A DNA stretch of 64,000 nucleotides, from positions 62,001 through 126,000 of the forward strand of contig RSEE01000052.1 in the NCBI GenBank assembly GCA_003971905.1, written 5' to 3'. The stretch is from Moniliella sp. 'wahieum' (lineage: Eukaryota). Below are positions 13,406 to 26,176 of this stretch, one piece after another. Below the pieces are notes generated by a model. The model did not search any database. It worked only from the letters and a program-made list of their open reading frames with translations, and was not told the origin of the DNA. The translations under genes were made by a program, and so were the position numbers. Position 1 is the stretch's first letter, and each line of letters opens with the position of its first letter.

Positions 13406-14509
13406 AGCTTGAGGCGCGGACGTTGTTTCGTTCGTTTTATCGTGGCGGAATAGGAGTGTGCCTCCCACTCGACTCGGATCGGGTGCATCGACATTTCCTA
13501 TCCGTCCAACATTGTATTCTCATCTGCTTTCTCTTCCTTCTTGTGGATCGCTGTGCATGTAGGACGGTGACGTGTGCGATCGGGGGGCTCAGGCGCTCAG
13601 GGATGGTATGATATATGACGACGGCAATAGTTTGTAACCGAGAATTTGCGGAGCCTGAGCTTGTATGTTCTCTCAATGTGATGATGGCTACTGAAGGGGT
13701 CGAGGGAGAGGTATGTATAATGACATGGATGCCATGGCGTATAGCATGTTGATGAACCACGTGTCCCTTCACGTCGTCGGGTGCTGGCACGCATTTTGTT
13801 GTCTGTACTGATTGCCTTTTCAGATCTCACCGCCACACCCCTTTCGTATGTTTTTCCTTTGACTCGAACTTCGCTTGATGACTATTTGGATTCTGATCTG
13901 AAAGGCTGGATTCCTACCGTATTCCTACTAGGTACTCTAGCGTAGACACATTGGGTATCTCGACCGCCAAGTCGGTCTGCGTCGCTCCCGTTCGCTGTGA
14001 GAACCAAAGTGAACAAATGAGCAAAAGTGTGGCTCCATCTCCCCTTTGAGTAAGATCGTTGAGGTCGTTGCGGGACAGCGACAACAAAGCAGATAGCGCC
14101 GGCTGCTACACCTAACCAGTAACACTACTATGCACCTGGATAGGGATATAGCAATCAAGATCACAACGAGCTGGCCAACTGTGGACACGAGCAAGCTGGA
14201 GCCCCCAGCAAGAGGGGCGGGTAACTGGGTACGCACAGTAGTGTAGTGTATACAACTCGCAACTCACATACGCCTAGGCCAGACAAAGACTGTTGACAAA
14301 GCAGGAGCACAGTAGTGGGATGCCCGCGATAAGGGAGAGGGGGATGGGGAGGGGGGGGGGCATCTGTGCTCCTCTTCAGGAGCAAGGTTCGGATCCAAAG
14401 CACCGGGTAGACCGGGTAACATCAAGAGTAATACGGAGTGGTGTGGTGAGCCTTCACCTGTTGTGGGAGGCGAAGAGAAACAGGGGAAGGGGAAGGCCGC
14501 GGATGCAGG

Positions 14510-15345
14510 TCAGCAGTTGCATCCCTGGGACCGGGTGCGAGCCGCATTAAGATCGACCTGATTTGCGTCGCCTTGTCCTGAATTGGACGCTGCCGCATTT
14601 TGGCGAGCACGCTGCGCCAGAATCTGGTCGATTGGGATCTTCTTGGCCAACTCGGTAAACACATCCTCCACACCTGTCCCCGTCTTGGCTGACGTCTCGA
14701 AAAAGAGAAGCCCCGCCTCCTTGGCGTACGCTTCGGCCTCCTCCCGTGGAACGGCACGCTTGACAACGGTGTCTCCGTGTCGGCTGCCTCGGCATCTGGG
14801 GTACCCGACGAAGCTTCGGCAGTGCTGGCATCAGGAGTGAGGAGGTCAATCTTGTTGCCTACCAGGGCGATGATGATGTCGGGATTGGCTTGGCGCTGCA
14901 GTTCCTTGACCCACGACTTGGCCTTGTCGTATGAGGCGGCCTTGAGAACATCATAGACTACAATGCTGGCCTGGGCATTACGGTAGTACATCGGTGCGAG
15001 GGAGTGGAAGCGCTCCTGGCCGGCAGTGTCCCAAATCTCAAACTTGATGATCTTGTCTTCCAAGCGGCACTTTTGCTGCGATCCAGCACCAAACAAGAGG
15101 AGAGGGGGGGTAGGTTAGCCTATGTTCGCTTCACATGTGAGCCATGACAGGAAGAAACATACGGTCAAGAAGGCGGCGCCAATGGTAGGCTCCTTGTTCT
15201 CTTGAAAGTCGTCCGACACAAAGCGAAGCACGATGGAGGACTTGCCAACAGCGGCTTCGCCCAGGAGAACGAGCTTGGTCTGGAAGGGCTTTGTGGGGCT
15301 GGAGCCGGGCTGGGCGGAGGCAGGAGCGGAGGCTGCGGCGGACAT
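14510..15345 (-). CDS. VPS21: Rab5-family GTPase (Vps21/Ypt51-like)
   Basis: [59 protein letters not shown], and C-terminal GCNC* prenylation motif. Intron about 15078-15161. Confidence 0.9.
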
Positions 15346-16085
15346 GGCAGGCGCAATGTCGAGAGCGGGGGGCGCGGGCAGCCGACAGAAACAAGGTGGT
15401 GGTGGGTGGGTCAACGTTCGAGCCAGGCAAGCAGTGGGGCGGCCGAGACGCCGCAGATGCGCAGGCTTTTTGTGGCTGCGGCCTGCGCCGCACCAGCGCC
15501 TCGGCGGATGGACACTGGTCCTGTGCGGGGGGTGTGACGTAACGCTGGGCTCACTAGTCATTAGCGCTTAGCCCCCGCCACTGACGACGGGCGGCCGCCG
15601 CACCTGTGCTGTCTTCTCCCAGCCCCTGCCCCCTGCAGGTCGTCACGTGCGCCTGTGCCCCGCTGCCATCAGGCCACGGACGCTGAGGCGCTGAGCTATC
15701 AGGCTCCCAGCTGGACAATGGAGGGGGGCGTCCTGACCCCTCGATGCCTCGCCTCACAACGACAAGTAGCGCATCGAGCGTCTTGTCAACTGTCATTCAG
15801 GGTGTCTAGTCCAAGCTGTATCGCGCCCCGGCTCATGGATAGTCGATAGTGACCTAGTGACCCCTCAGAAACCGGAAGTTAAGCTGACCTTGACTAGCTC
15901 GGGGTATCGAGGAGCCCTTAGAGGTAGAGCTCGACAGAGCACCGGGAAACAAGGCAAATCTACCATCCCTTCTGTCCCAGTTGTGGGTCGCAACCGCCAA
16001 CGATCAAGCAGAGTGGGGTGGGGTACAAATCAAGCAGCCATGTGGGGTGACAAAGGGGGTGGGGCGTAGGGAAGCAGCAGAGGTC

Positions 16086-17288
16086 TTACAGCGACTCTTC
16101 CTCGGCCAGTAATCGTTCCGCCTCCAACGCCGCGATGCAACCCGACCCGGCCGACGTGATGGCCTGGCGGTACACCTTATCCTGCACGTCGCCAGCAGCG
16201 AATACACCCTTGACCGACGTTTGAGCTGTGTCTGGCACCGTCTTGATGTACCCGTCCTCGTCCAAGTCCAGCTGACCTTTGAAGAGCGCGGTAGCAGGAA
16301 CGTGGCCGATCGCATAAAATAAGCCATTGGCAGCCAACGACTTGCTCTCGCTCGTCTTGTTGTTCCGGATGGTGACCGATTGGAGCAATTTGCCATCCCC
16401 ACATGCCTCGGTAGCCGATGTATTGAAGAGGACGGTGACCTTGGGGTGCTTCAGCAGGCGATCTGCCATGATCCGCGATGCCCGTAGCTCGCCACGCCGG
16501 ACCAAGACATAAACGTGGGACGCATACTTGGTCAGGTAGGTAGCTTCCTCCGCTGCCGAGTCGCCGCCCCCAATGACGACCAATGGTTTGTTGCGGAAGA
16601 TGGGCACAGCTCCATCGCACACAGCACACGCTGAGATGCCCGACTGCCAGTAGGTTTCCTCCCCGGGAAGGTTCATCCTCCGGGCCGATGCTCCCGTTGC
16701 AATAATAATCGAATCGGCAGTCTCGTGGGCATTCGCATCCGCTTCCCTCCCTCGCGCCAGAGCTTAAACGGCCGCACCGACAAATCTACCTTGGCAATCG
16801 TCTCCGTCACAATCTCCGTCCCAAAACGCACGGATTGTGCACGTAACTTGTCCATCAGCGCCGAGCCACCGACACCATCGGGAAAGCCTGGAAAATTCTC
16901 CACATCGGTGGTGGTGGTGAGCTGACCGCCAGCGGCAAAGCCATTGGCCAAGAAACCCTCAAACAGCGTAGGCTTCAGCTCGGCCCGGGCCAAGTAGATT
17001 GCAGCGGTGTGGCCGGCGGGTCCAGAGCCAATGACTACCACCTTGTGGTGTGTACATTGGGTGGGGGCGGAGGCATGGTAGAAGGGGAAGTAGGGGCATC
17101 AGTAGGGGTAAAGGTGGGAACGTTGGCATTGAAAGAACCCAGGCCGAGGGCGGCAGCGAGCGGGGCTGGTGGCACAGGGCGCGAGGCGGACCGGCGGTAG
17201 GAGGAAGAAAAGGAGCGGTGGGACGGTGCACGCAGAGGGATCAGGTGGCGGATGGAGTTGGCAGGCGGGGGGTTGGGAGGAGGAGCAT
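16086..17288 (-). CDS. TRR1: Thioredoxin reductase (low-MW, fungal type) with probable mitochondrial presequence
   Basis: [39 protein letters not shown] active site, [28 protein letters not shown]. Confidence 0.95.
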
Positions 17289-20082
17289 GGCCAAGGGGAG
17301 GCACGATGGAAATAGACAGCGGCTACAGGCAAAAGTGCTTGCAAACAGACGGCTGAAGGCACGACGGTTGGAGGGAAGGTCATTAGGTAATACACCGGGG
17401 TTAAGCGGCTGGACGCTAGGCTAACGTTTGATCAGTTAAAGTGGCTCCGACTTGTTTGCCGTGGGATATTGGCGGGACAGACATAAAAACCGAACCCCTT
17501 GCCATGCACACCTCGACTGGCTAGTCCACATCTGCCCCACCATCCGCTCGCGTCCTCATTGTATCCGCTGCAGTTGGTTCAGGTGGGAGGCGGCGGAGGT
17601 AGGTACGGGAAACTTGTCGAGCCGCCCAGCGTCTCCCTGTCACTGACTCCATCTCTCGAGCATACCATTATGGCAGCTCCCAACACGCAATTTCTTGTCT
17701 GACTACTATTCCAGTTCTCTCTGTCATTATCCTCTACAGATGCACAACCAAAATGGAAGCTCGGAAGACAAGTCATATTGAACGCGCGGATGGAGACCCC
17801 GAAAAAGACCAAAAGGAGAAAAAGGAAGTAGTGCCAAACGCTTAAGCAGTAGGGCCCAAGTGCTTAGCGAGTCGCCCCCATTGGCGTTCCAATTGCGAGC
17901 AGGGGGCGGCAACACACCAAGGTTGCTGTTGCGCGTGTGAATGGAAAGCTGCTCGAGAGACATCTCGAGCTGCTGGAGCTTGTGTTGTAAGGTGGGCATG
18001 GTAGCCGATCCCACTGGGATGGGATCGGCGCGCGGGAAACCACGAGGCAGCTTGCGGTTGTGCCGGACCAGCGCATTGTTCAAGCGGGCCACCACAGCAC
18101 CCTGGCGGGCCTCCACGTCTGGGCGGCGGGCCAGAGCAGCAAAGAGGGGTTTGGCATCCGTTTCGTACGCCATCTGTCGCTCCTGGTTCCTTTGCGCCTC
18201 AATACGCTCTTGCTCTTTTTTCCGCTCCATCATATCCTTGATCGTAGCGCGACGCTCGTTCAACGTGCGGGAACGAATATAATTCTTCTTCTTCTCCATA
18301 TAAAGCGCATGCAGAATCGCCTGCCGGTGGTCCTTCGAGTCGAACTTGCCCCACGGAAGAGCAGCCGCACGCTCCCGCGGCTCCTGACCTGGCACCATCG
18401 TCGGCTCGCTGTCGTACGACACGTGGCGATGCAGGCCTCCGGCCTGGTAGTTGGCCATAATGTATTCGTAAGAGCTGTTATGACAACTGTTAGCAGCAGC
18501 CCAGATGGAGATGCTGGTGATCAACCCCAGGGACCACACAGGAGCAGAGAACGTACGTGGGGAGAGGAGGGCTTGGGCACGTATGCAGCAGCAAGCTGGA
18601 GGGTAGCAAGTATCCAGGCAATGCAATCGGCTTGGAGGAGAAGGGAGGTGGGGGTAGAAAAAAAGGAAGGAGGGAGGTGCTCCCGGCGCGCTATTTATCC
18701 TTTTCGGGCGCATGCCGGCTGTTGGGTTGGACTGGGCACAGAATGAGACCGCGCTGGGAATTGTGAGACGGGACGCGTCCAGAGCTGGCACAGCACTGCG
18801 TCGCTGTGCTCTGGGGCCGGTCGTTGGAACTACCCGAGGCTGTTGCCCTGCGGGGGTCCGGCGGATGGTGAGCGCCGGGACCAGAGGCAGTTGTGCTCTC
18901 GGTTGCGCTGTTGTATAGGTGTGAGTATACGCTGGTTTTGTGAGACTGGGCGTAGCAACGGTGGCCAGCCAGATGGGGAGGGTGGCGATGGCTGGGGAGT
19001 CAGGCTCAGTACGCAGTGCAGCAAATATCGGTGGAGTGTCCCCGTGAGGCGGTGGCAGCTGCGCGCTGTTGTGGCCGACACGAAACGGGACGACCTAGGA
19101 AAGCCAGCAGTAATGACTAGCAGCTGGGGCCCCGCACTCACGCTTTTTTTATGTTGGCAGGCGGGGGGGCAGTGTACCATGCACCCGCACACCATGCATG
19201 TTCTCTTTTATCCCGAGACGCAAAAACAGACAGCACCACTCATACCTAGTAGGATATGGTGCGGGCATCATACATCCCTTTGGACCACTTGATGTCGATG
19301 AGGCGAAGGGCGTGTATACACATGACTGCGTATCAGGCTTCAAGTTCAAGCTCCAGCGCCAGTCTCCCGCTGGCCCCCTATTTGCGCATCACAGCTATAC
19401 CATAGCTGAATTGACCACACCTTGACCACAAAAAACAGGCAGTCTAGGTCGAACAGTGTAGGGTCCAAACAGAGATCAGAGGCAGGGTCTCTATACCCAT
19501 GGGGACGGGTGGATGCGATTCAATACTCTCATTTTGGCATATCGTGAGTTGGTGGACAACAGTGTAGTGCCTCCAGGTGGGAGCCATCGATCATCTTCGA
19601 TAGATGATTCAACAGGAACATGCGACCGTGCATATAGGTTGTGTTTTTTTGGTAAAGCCCTCAGTGAGGCGGCACGTTCAAGCAGACAGAAATGCGCATA
19701 CCTGATGGCTATTGACAGCGCGAACAGCTACAATCCCCAGCCCGTCATCGCCACAGCTGCTAATCCATCAGCGCAGCATCTCCATCCGTTTCAGCTATGA
19801 GGGCCTCTATTATCCTATCCTGCGTGTGCGTTCTATATGTATGCTGTGTTTCTTCTAGGTGTTGTATAGTGTGCAATTGACTGTTGTGCACAACGACATT
19901 CGTCCTGGTGCTGCATGCGCTCTACGTGACCATTGTGCGGATCCGTCCAGGCAAGGCCCTGCTGGAGCCGTCCCGTTGCGAAGAGGAGGCTCTGTGACTA
20001 CTACTGCGTACTGGTACCGATCGAGCTGATCCAAGTACACTCGACCATAATATGGCGCTTGTGATCTCGGAGCGGGCGTAAC
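17276..20082 (+). repeat. Large inverted repeat, left arm (about 2.8 kb)
   Basis: Reverse complement of 27126-29855 plus 33322-33357. The ORF track gives identical or near-identical translations on opposite strands (19198-19425 vs 27782-28009; 19513-19800 vs 27404-27694). Confidence 0.95.
17727..18458 (-). CDS. Orphan protein of about 205 aa (MANYQ...), copy A, basic/coiled-coil
   Basis: Long ORF conserved in both arms. This copy lacks 4 nt (AATG) near the 3' end, so it reads past the stop used by copy B (equivalent position about 17842). Confidence 0.6.
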   Translation of the reverse strand: MANYQAGGLHRHVSYDSEPTMVPGQEPRERAAALPWGKFDSKDHRQAILHALYMEKKKNYIRSRTLNERRATIKDMMERKKEQERIEAQRNQERQMAYETDAKPLFAALARRPDVEARQGAVVARLNNALVRHNRKLPRGFPRADPIPVGSATMPTLQHKLQQLEMSLEQLSIHTRNSNLGVLPPPARNWNANGGDSLSTWALLLKRLALLPFSPFGLFRGLHPRVQYDLSSELPFWLCICRG

Positions 20083-21279
20083 AAAAGGATCATTGATCTG
20101 CTCGGTCATGGAGATCAAGATGGCCACAAGCGAATTACCCGGATCGGTGCTGAAGCAAGGGGGGGCAAGGCATCGGCTTGGTGATCCCATCTGCAGAGTC
20201 ATATATAGCGGTGCCGGGAATGTGTTCTACTAGAGTGGCACGACTGCAGTTAGAGGGCATGGTATCAGTAATGCAGATGAAGCGTCTGCAGGCGGCCAGT
20301 GATGCCGACGCGGACAGCGTCAATGCAGGCGGTTTGGCTGTAGCTGCAGATGCGAATAGGATAATCGGTCCATAAGATGCCAAACTCGACAAGTACTTAT
20401 TGGTAGGTATTGGGCCTGTGCTGCAGACTCTCTCCGTTCCTCACATCTGCTGCCGCCGTGAAAGAGAAGTATAGCCATGGTATGACGGGGTGACTATCCT
20501 ATAGGACTGTGGCACTCCCCATAGGAAAAAAACAATGCCGCTGATGGTACAGTCGTCGCAAGCATCAAAGTTGATGTCAACGTACAGGAAGAGCGGGTTC
20601 CAGATCTGGTTGGGGGTCAGAATTATCACTGTGTTGCGTGAGTATCATAGCCCTCATGTCCCAAGAAGCCTGCTGATGTTGCTTTGGATGGCGTGCCGAT
20701 GAACGACACAGAAGGCGAACCGCATAGTGCATGTCAGGGCAGGTGCCGGTGATGCGGACCCAACCAACAGAAGGGACCCGAAGACAGTGCGAGGTATCCT
20801 CTGCTGGGGAATATTCAGGGTCTCCTCGTCGGCTGATCGGGGGTACGAGAATAAGGTCGGGGGGTGAATCAGGACACGATGTTGCAGGTGTGTGGGACTT
20901 GGGTACACGAGAACTGGGGCAGGATCGAATCGATGAAAGTAATGCAGTTCATACTGTGGCTCATAGCGTACCCTCCGTTGGGCGTGGGGGTGTAGCGTGC
21001 GCAACGGAAGGTCTCAACTAAGCGTCCCAAGCCAACAGAGGCAATGGAGTTCGCGCCAGTTGTTAAACTGGAATTCACCTAACTAGTAACTGAGGCCTCA
21101 AAACGTACTGAACTTTGAACGTTTACAAAACTGTCGGCTGGCTTGGCTCGCAATCACGTGACGTGTTCTGGCTGTCCTGACCGGCTTGTGGTTGGTATAC
21201 GTAAGCCGCAGTTCGATCCCGCCTGCTCCGGCGCAAGAAACCAAGCGCCAGCGCTGAACCACCCACCACCACTGTCGAC

Positions 21280-22109
21280 ATGCGTCCGCTCCTGGCCCTC
21301 GTGTCCCTGGCCTGCGCTCTGCCTGCTCTCGCTAGCGGTGCCATTCTTGCCTATCCAGGGGCGCGCCGCGGCCTTCCCTCCCCACCCACCGCTCTTCAAG
21401 TGGAGGCGCAGGAAATGGCCCAGAGCCTGGCAAACATGTCCGGCGCATGCACCGACGCGTTCTTGCTACTTGAGTTTGACGAGGTATGCTTTCTCTCCCT
21501 TTTTGTTGCTTCAATAGTGAAGTGCGCACCGTGGCTGATAGTTCCAGTTTACTGCACACACGCTTGCTTCCCGCCCGGCGAGCGACCCTGTAAAGCAACA
21601 GGTCCTTGCTGCCCCTGAGGTGGTGGGCGCCGCATACACTACCGGCACCAGTCCGCTAAGCGAGGAGCTGGCTCGCGCTCTGGACCTCAAGTGCGGTTCG
21701 ATTTCGTGGGCTTCCGTTGACGTGGCCGATGTCCAGGCCATGGGGGGTCTCGGGGCTCTGGCTCCACCAAGCACATCCGTCTGCAAGCCGACTTGACGCA
21801 AGATTCGCCAGCACTGGCCCAGATCATGGAGGAGTTTACCAACCTTTACGACGATGGAACTGCTTTTGTCTGAGCGCCAGCCCGTGGCGCGGATGTCCAA
21901 GCGCTCCATCCCAGCAGCTGCCAAGGCGCCAGGGACGTTCATTTCGCAGTACCAGTTCTTCACTTCGGACCTGCTCTTGGCCGTGGGCGTGGTATTGACG
22001 CTTTTCGTGCCTCTGGTTTGGGTCTTTATCAAACTGCTCTCTGATATCCAGACGCCCGATCGTTTGGGGGAGAAGTCAGCTTTGACCCAAATGGCTAAAG
22101 GCCCAGTAA
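21280..22109 (+). CDS. VOA1/ATP6AP1/BIG1-like type I membrane protein
   Basis: Signal peptide MRPLLALVSLACALPALA, intron starting at 21484, and C-terminal SQYQFFTS followed by a TM helix and LLSDIQTP tail typical of the V-ATPase S1/VOA1 TM domain. Confidence 0.65.
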
Positions 22110-22918
22110 GACACATAAACCCGTATGTGCGGGGATTTGATGTGATTGAGTCATGTCTCCTGGGGGTGCTGGTTTCCCAGCTATGGAGCTGGCAGCATTT
22201 GAAACGAGCGAGAGGGGTACATGCCGTTGCAACGCAGGTACTGGGGGGAGATGTGATTGCAGTGCAGCTCGTATAGGGGACTGCAGACTGCAGGAGATGA
22301 TGCTATGATTTAACCCCACCTGTCACTTTCGTCCCCACTCGACGGGAGCAGTATTAGTAGCCTCTTCGATGCATTTGCTGGGCCAACGAATCAGAGAAGG
22401 GGCCATGGCGCCGGTAGCCAGTAGGCCGGAGGAGAGGCTGGGGATGTGATGCTTGGGTTGGGCGTAATAGCGACATTAGGGGCTACGCGATGTGTGCGGC
22501 TTGGGCGGACACGCTGTGTGGGACCGATGGGGCCGGCGGAGACGGGCGGGGGACGGGTGGGCGGCTGGGGGTAGGAGTAATGCTAATGCAGTGACGGCCA
22601 CTTGTCAGGCCAGGCGGCATGTGGCGTGGAGCGGCGGACAGGCGGCTGGGCGCTGACATAAGAATGTGGCTTGGGGCTACGTAACGCGGGAGGCGCCCTT
22701 GCGGCCGTCGCAGACCAGCAGACCCTGGCAGCCGGCCAGGCGGTACGAGTAAGGCCAGTTAGCCAGGTTGCGCCACCAGCCCCCGCGCCTTCCTCTCCTG
22801 CCCGCCTGGCCTGATGCGCCCCGCCTCCCCGCCGCCGCTTCTCTCCCCGCAACCACCACCACCACCACCGCCGCCTGCGCCCGCCCCCCTGCTCGCCCCA
22901 GCACGCGTGGGAGGCAAC

Positions 22919-25900
22919 ATGTCGCTCGACGGGCCGCTGGCCTCCGCCTCTCCGTGGCTGCCCTGCCCTTCCACCCCCTCCCCCCCTCCTCGTCACCCTC
23001 GTCCGCAACGCCCAGGCTGTCACCACCGACCCCGCTACTGGACCGGCGTCACCGACTCTCCCCTCTCCCCACAGGGCAAGGACCAGCTGCGGCCCTTGCC
23101 TCCTACTTCTCCGCCACCCCGATCGCTGCCATCTACTCATCCGACCTCGCGCGCGCCTCCCATGTCGTAGATGCCATCACCGCGCACACGCCACCCCCGT
23201 GCCATCGTCCTTACCGCCACCTTGCGCGAGCAGAACTTTGGTGCTGCTGAGGGCAAGGCCTGGTCCCTGGACGACGCCCGGTGGACAGGGACAGCCCCCC
23301 GCAGCTGCACATCGCTTGGCCAAGTTTCCTCAAGGCGAGTCGCTGGAGGAGTCAACGCTCGCATGGCCACTGCCGTCCGGCGTTACATTTTGCCCCGAGT
23401 CGAGTCGTTGCGCAACGAACCACCATCAGCGCACTATGCCAGTGCCCAGACCCTGTCCGGAAACCACATCCCCGCGACGTGGTCCACATTGTCATCGTTT
23501 CCCATGGCATTGCCCTGGCTGAGCTGATGCGCGTCTTGCTCAGCCTTCATGATGCTGCGCCTCCAGGTATGGCTTCTCCCTGGCCAGACCCTCGTCTGAG
23601 CTACACACAGAATGCCCTCCAACACCGGCTGGGCCCGCGTTGAGATTGCAGTCCCGGCCCGAATGGCCCCAGGCGTGCCCACCCCGCCCCATCGCAAGAG
23701 GCTCTGCAGGACATGGCCGCTGCTGCCGCCCAAACGGCCCAGATGAACGCCCAAGGCGCGATCTTTGGACGGAATGATATGGCCAACCCATCAGCTGGGC
23801 GCCACATTTTTGTCCGCGTTCTGGAGCAGGACAATACCGACCACCTCGCTGGGTTAGAGTTGCCCCACATGGGTGATCATCCCCTGTCAACGATATTAGG
23901 CGGCGGACTTCCCCAGTTCCCTTCAGGGGATGGTGCTGCTCCTACGGATACCAGTCAGCTTCCATCAGGCTACAATGGGATCGTCACCTTTCCGCCTCAT
24001 TCACAACCCAGTGCAGGTTTGCCCTCTCGCCTTTCCCTCCAACACAATCCCACATTGATGGGGCTGAACAGTTACCGCACTCCTGGGAACAATGCCTATG
24101 ATGTACGCCTCCTCGCTCGCGAATTGGGAGATGCCTCATCAACTGTGGGTGATGGGAGTGTTATTGGTGGCGACACTTTGAGCAGCAGTTATGGCGGCCG
24201 CCCCAGCTTCAGCCCGGATACGCCGTCAGGGATTGCATCTCCTTCCCTCGTAAACAGCTCGATATCCCGAGGAATGACCCCTTTACCCAGCCTTGCATCT
24301 CCTCGGCCGGCCAGCGCAGTTCTACCTCGACTCCTCTTCCGTCGCTTGTTTCTCCATCATCAACCGGGTCCGCCTCTAACAGCTGGAGAGCGGTGAGCTC
24401 CAAAGTGCTCCCGCTATTTGCAGGGAATGGGACTCGGATGGTGTTGGACGAGGTGAACAACCAAGTCTGCCTTCATTTTCGCCGCCTTGCCGAACGACGG
24501 CCGCGCGGGCTTTGGAAACCTTTATCGGTGAGGTGAAGGCCTTGGTAAAGAGGGCGTCGGGATGCTGAATGCGCGCCTAACGGCACTTCAGGGTTTGGCT
24601 CTTCTTACTGCCATGGCCCAAGTCTGGACGAGTATTGGCAGCAAGTTGTGCCCTATGTCGAGGCAGTCTTTGTGTCGATTATTCCGAGCCCGCCTTTGCC
24701 CGACTCGTGGCGAACAGCAAAACCAATATTCTCCGCGTACATGGGGCAACTGACGTTCTCACTGAACGTACCCAGCGCGAGTATATGGAGGGAGACGTCC
24801 CCCATACTCTCCCGCCCCCTTCGGTGCGATCCAGCCCAAGCTAGAGTTGAATGTGCGCCATTTGTGTCTCCAAGCGTTTCGGGACGAAGTGGTGTTGCCA
24901 CGGGCTGAGCAGCTGATGTACCTTTTTGCGTACATGCGAGAGTCTTTCGCTAGTGCTACTGTGGCATACAGGCGAATCCATTTCGTTTGGACCGCGGCAA
25001 AAACCCATCGACGCCGCGCGCTTCGACTCCTCGCCCTGACGATTCAGCAGCGCAGAGACGAGCGCAGCTTTTGCAGATGATTGGGCTCTGCTCCTCTCTT
25101 CTCACTGCCGATGCGCACCAAAAGGCGATCCGGGCGTTGCGCTCCGTTCTGCTCCAGGGTGCACATCCTTCCACTGTGGCTGTCACGAGAACTGTACAGC
25201 TGGAGATGGCTCCAGTCAACCGCAACTGCTCGGTAGATCTACCGCGTCTCCTTCGCCCCATCCCCCCCGATCAGCTCGGACGCCTACTCTGGCAGGTCTA
25301 GGTTTCAGCAACCCCTCGGGCGAATTGGCGCCCGCCTCAACGAGGCCAAGAGGAGGTACGGCAGATTCCCGTGCCCGCTCGACCTCCAATTCTACTGCTG
25401 CTACTGGGTGGAGCACCGGATCCAAGCCCCCGAGTTTCCGTACCACCAACACAGGAACCACAGTGGACACCTCGCCAATTCCCTCGCTGATGACTTGGAC
25501 TGGGCCTGGGTTGATGTCGGGGACGAGCGTCAAGTTACAAACAGCAGCGGACGCCGCAGCTACAGCCACTGCAGCCCTCTCGTCTGGGACTGGGTGCCAG
25601 ACGCCAACACCCACCCACACTCTTCTTCCTCCCTCCCCTGCCCTCTCGCGGGGCATGATGGGTTCTGGTTCGGTGCGGGGTTCCAGGCGAAAGAGCTTAG
25701 GACCCTCGACTACCACAAGTAGCAGCAGGCATGTGTCGCAAGGCTCGGACCTGACCCCGGTCCAGTCTGGTCTGCCCCGTTGCCTGGCCTGACCTGCAAG
25801 ACCGTGCCTGCACGCTCGCCGCCGCTGCGCCGGCCCCATTTGTCGACTGCGTTGCACCATTCCATTTCGCATGCGCTTGCGCATCCTGCTGGCACTCTTG

Positions 25901-26176
25901 GGCACCCTCATTCCCCTTCTCTCTCGCACTCGCATGATCACCCCTCGCATTCCCTCTCCCATTCCCATTCCCAGTCGCACTCGCATTCGCACTCGCACTC
26001 GCATTCGTCCTCTCACTCCCATTCCCATTCTCACTCGCGCTCCCTCTCCCACCTTGTCCATATCCCCCTGTCCCTCTCTGGGCGGCACGCGGACCCGGAT
26101 CAAGGTGTGGACGGCACAGGCACTACCCGCTAAGAAGAGCGGGGGGACGCTGGGCTCTCGATCTTCTGGACGCTGA
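22919..26176 (+). CDS. Histidine-phosphatase (PGAM-like) domain fused to Bit61/PRR5 (HbrB) domain, with His/Ser-rich tail
   Basis: LLVTLVRNAQA..TDSPLS..IYSSDLARA..LREQNFGAAEG..GESLEE..IVIVSHG (PGAM fold), then WRAVSSKVLPLFAGNG..LDEVNNQV..VPYVEAVF..LQAFRDEVVLP..QLLQMIG (HbrB). Many frameshifts; 3' end uncertain (26133 or 26176). Confidence 0.65.

Noticed and set aside
13600..13965. Box C/D snoRNAs or a tiny spliced Tom7-like gene (..WIPTVFLLG..)
   Set aside because: Intron-like signals and TGATGA/CTGA boxes exist, but I found no convincing rRNA guide or coherent ORF. Needs RNA-seq or Infernal.
20130..21078. Possible STE3 pheromone receptor (FIDSIL..CNIVS; LLVG..PA..C..R), which would make the inverted repeat a MAT locus
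   Set aside because: Fragments lie in different frames, lack the PWH/WCD motifs and seven TM helices, and splice signals are on the opposite strand. No CAAX pheromone ORF was found.
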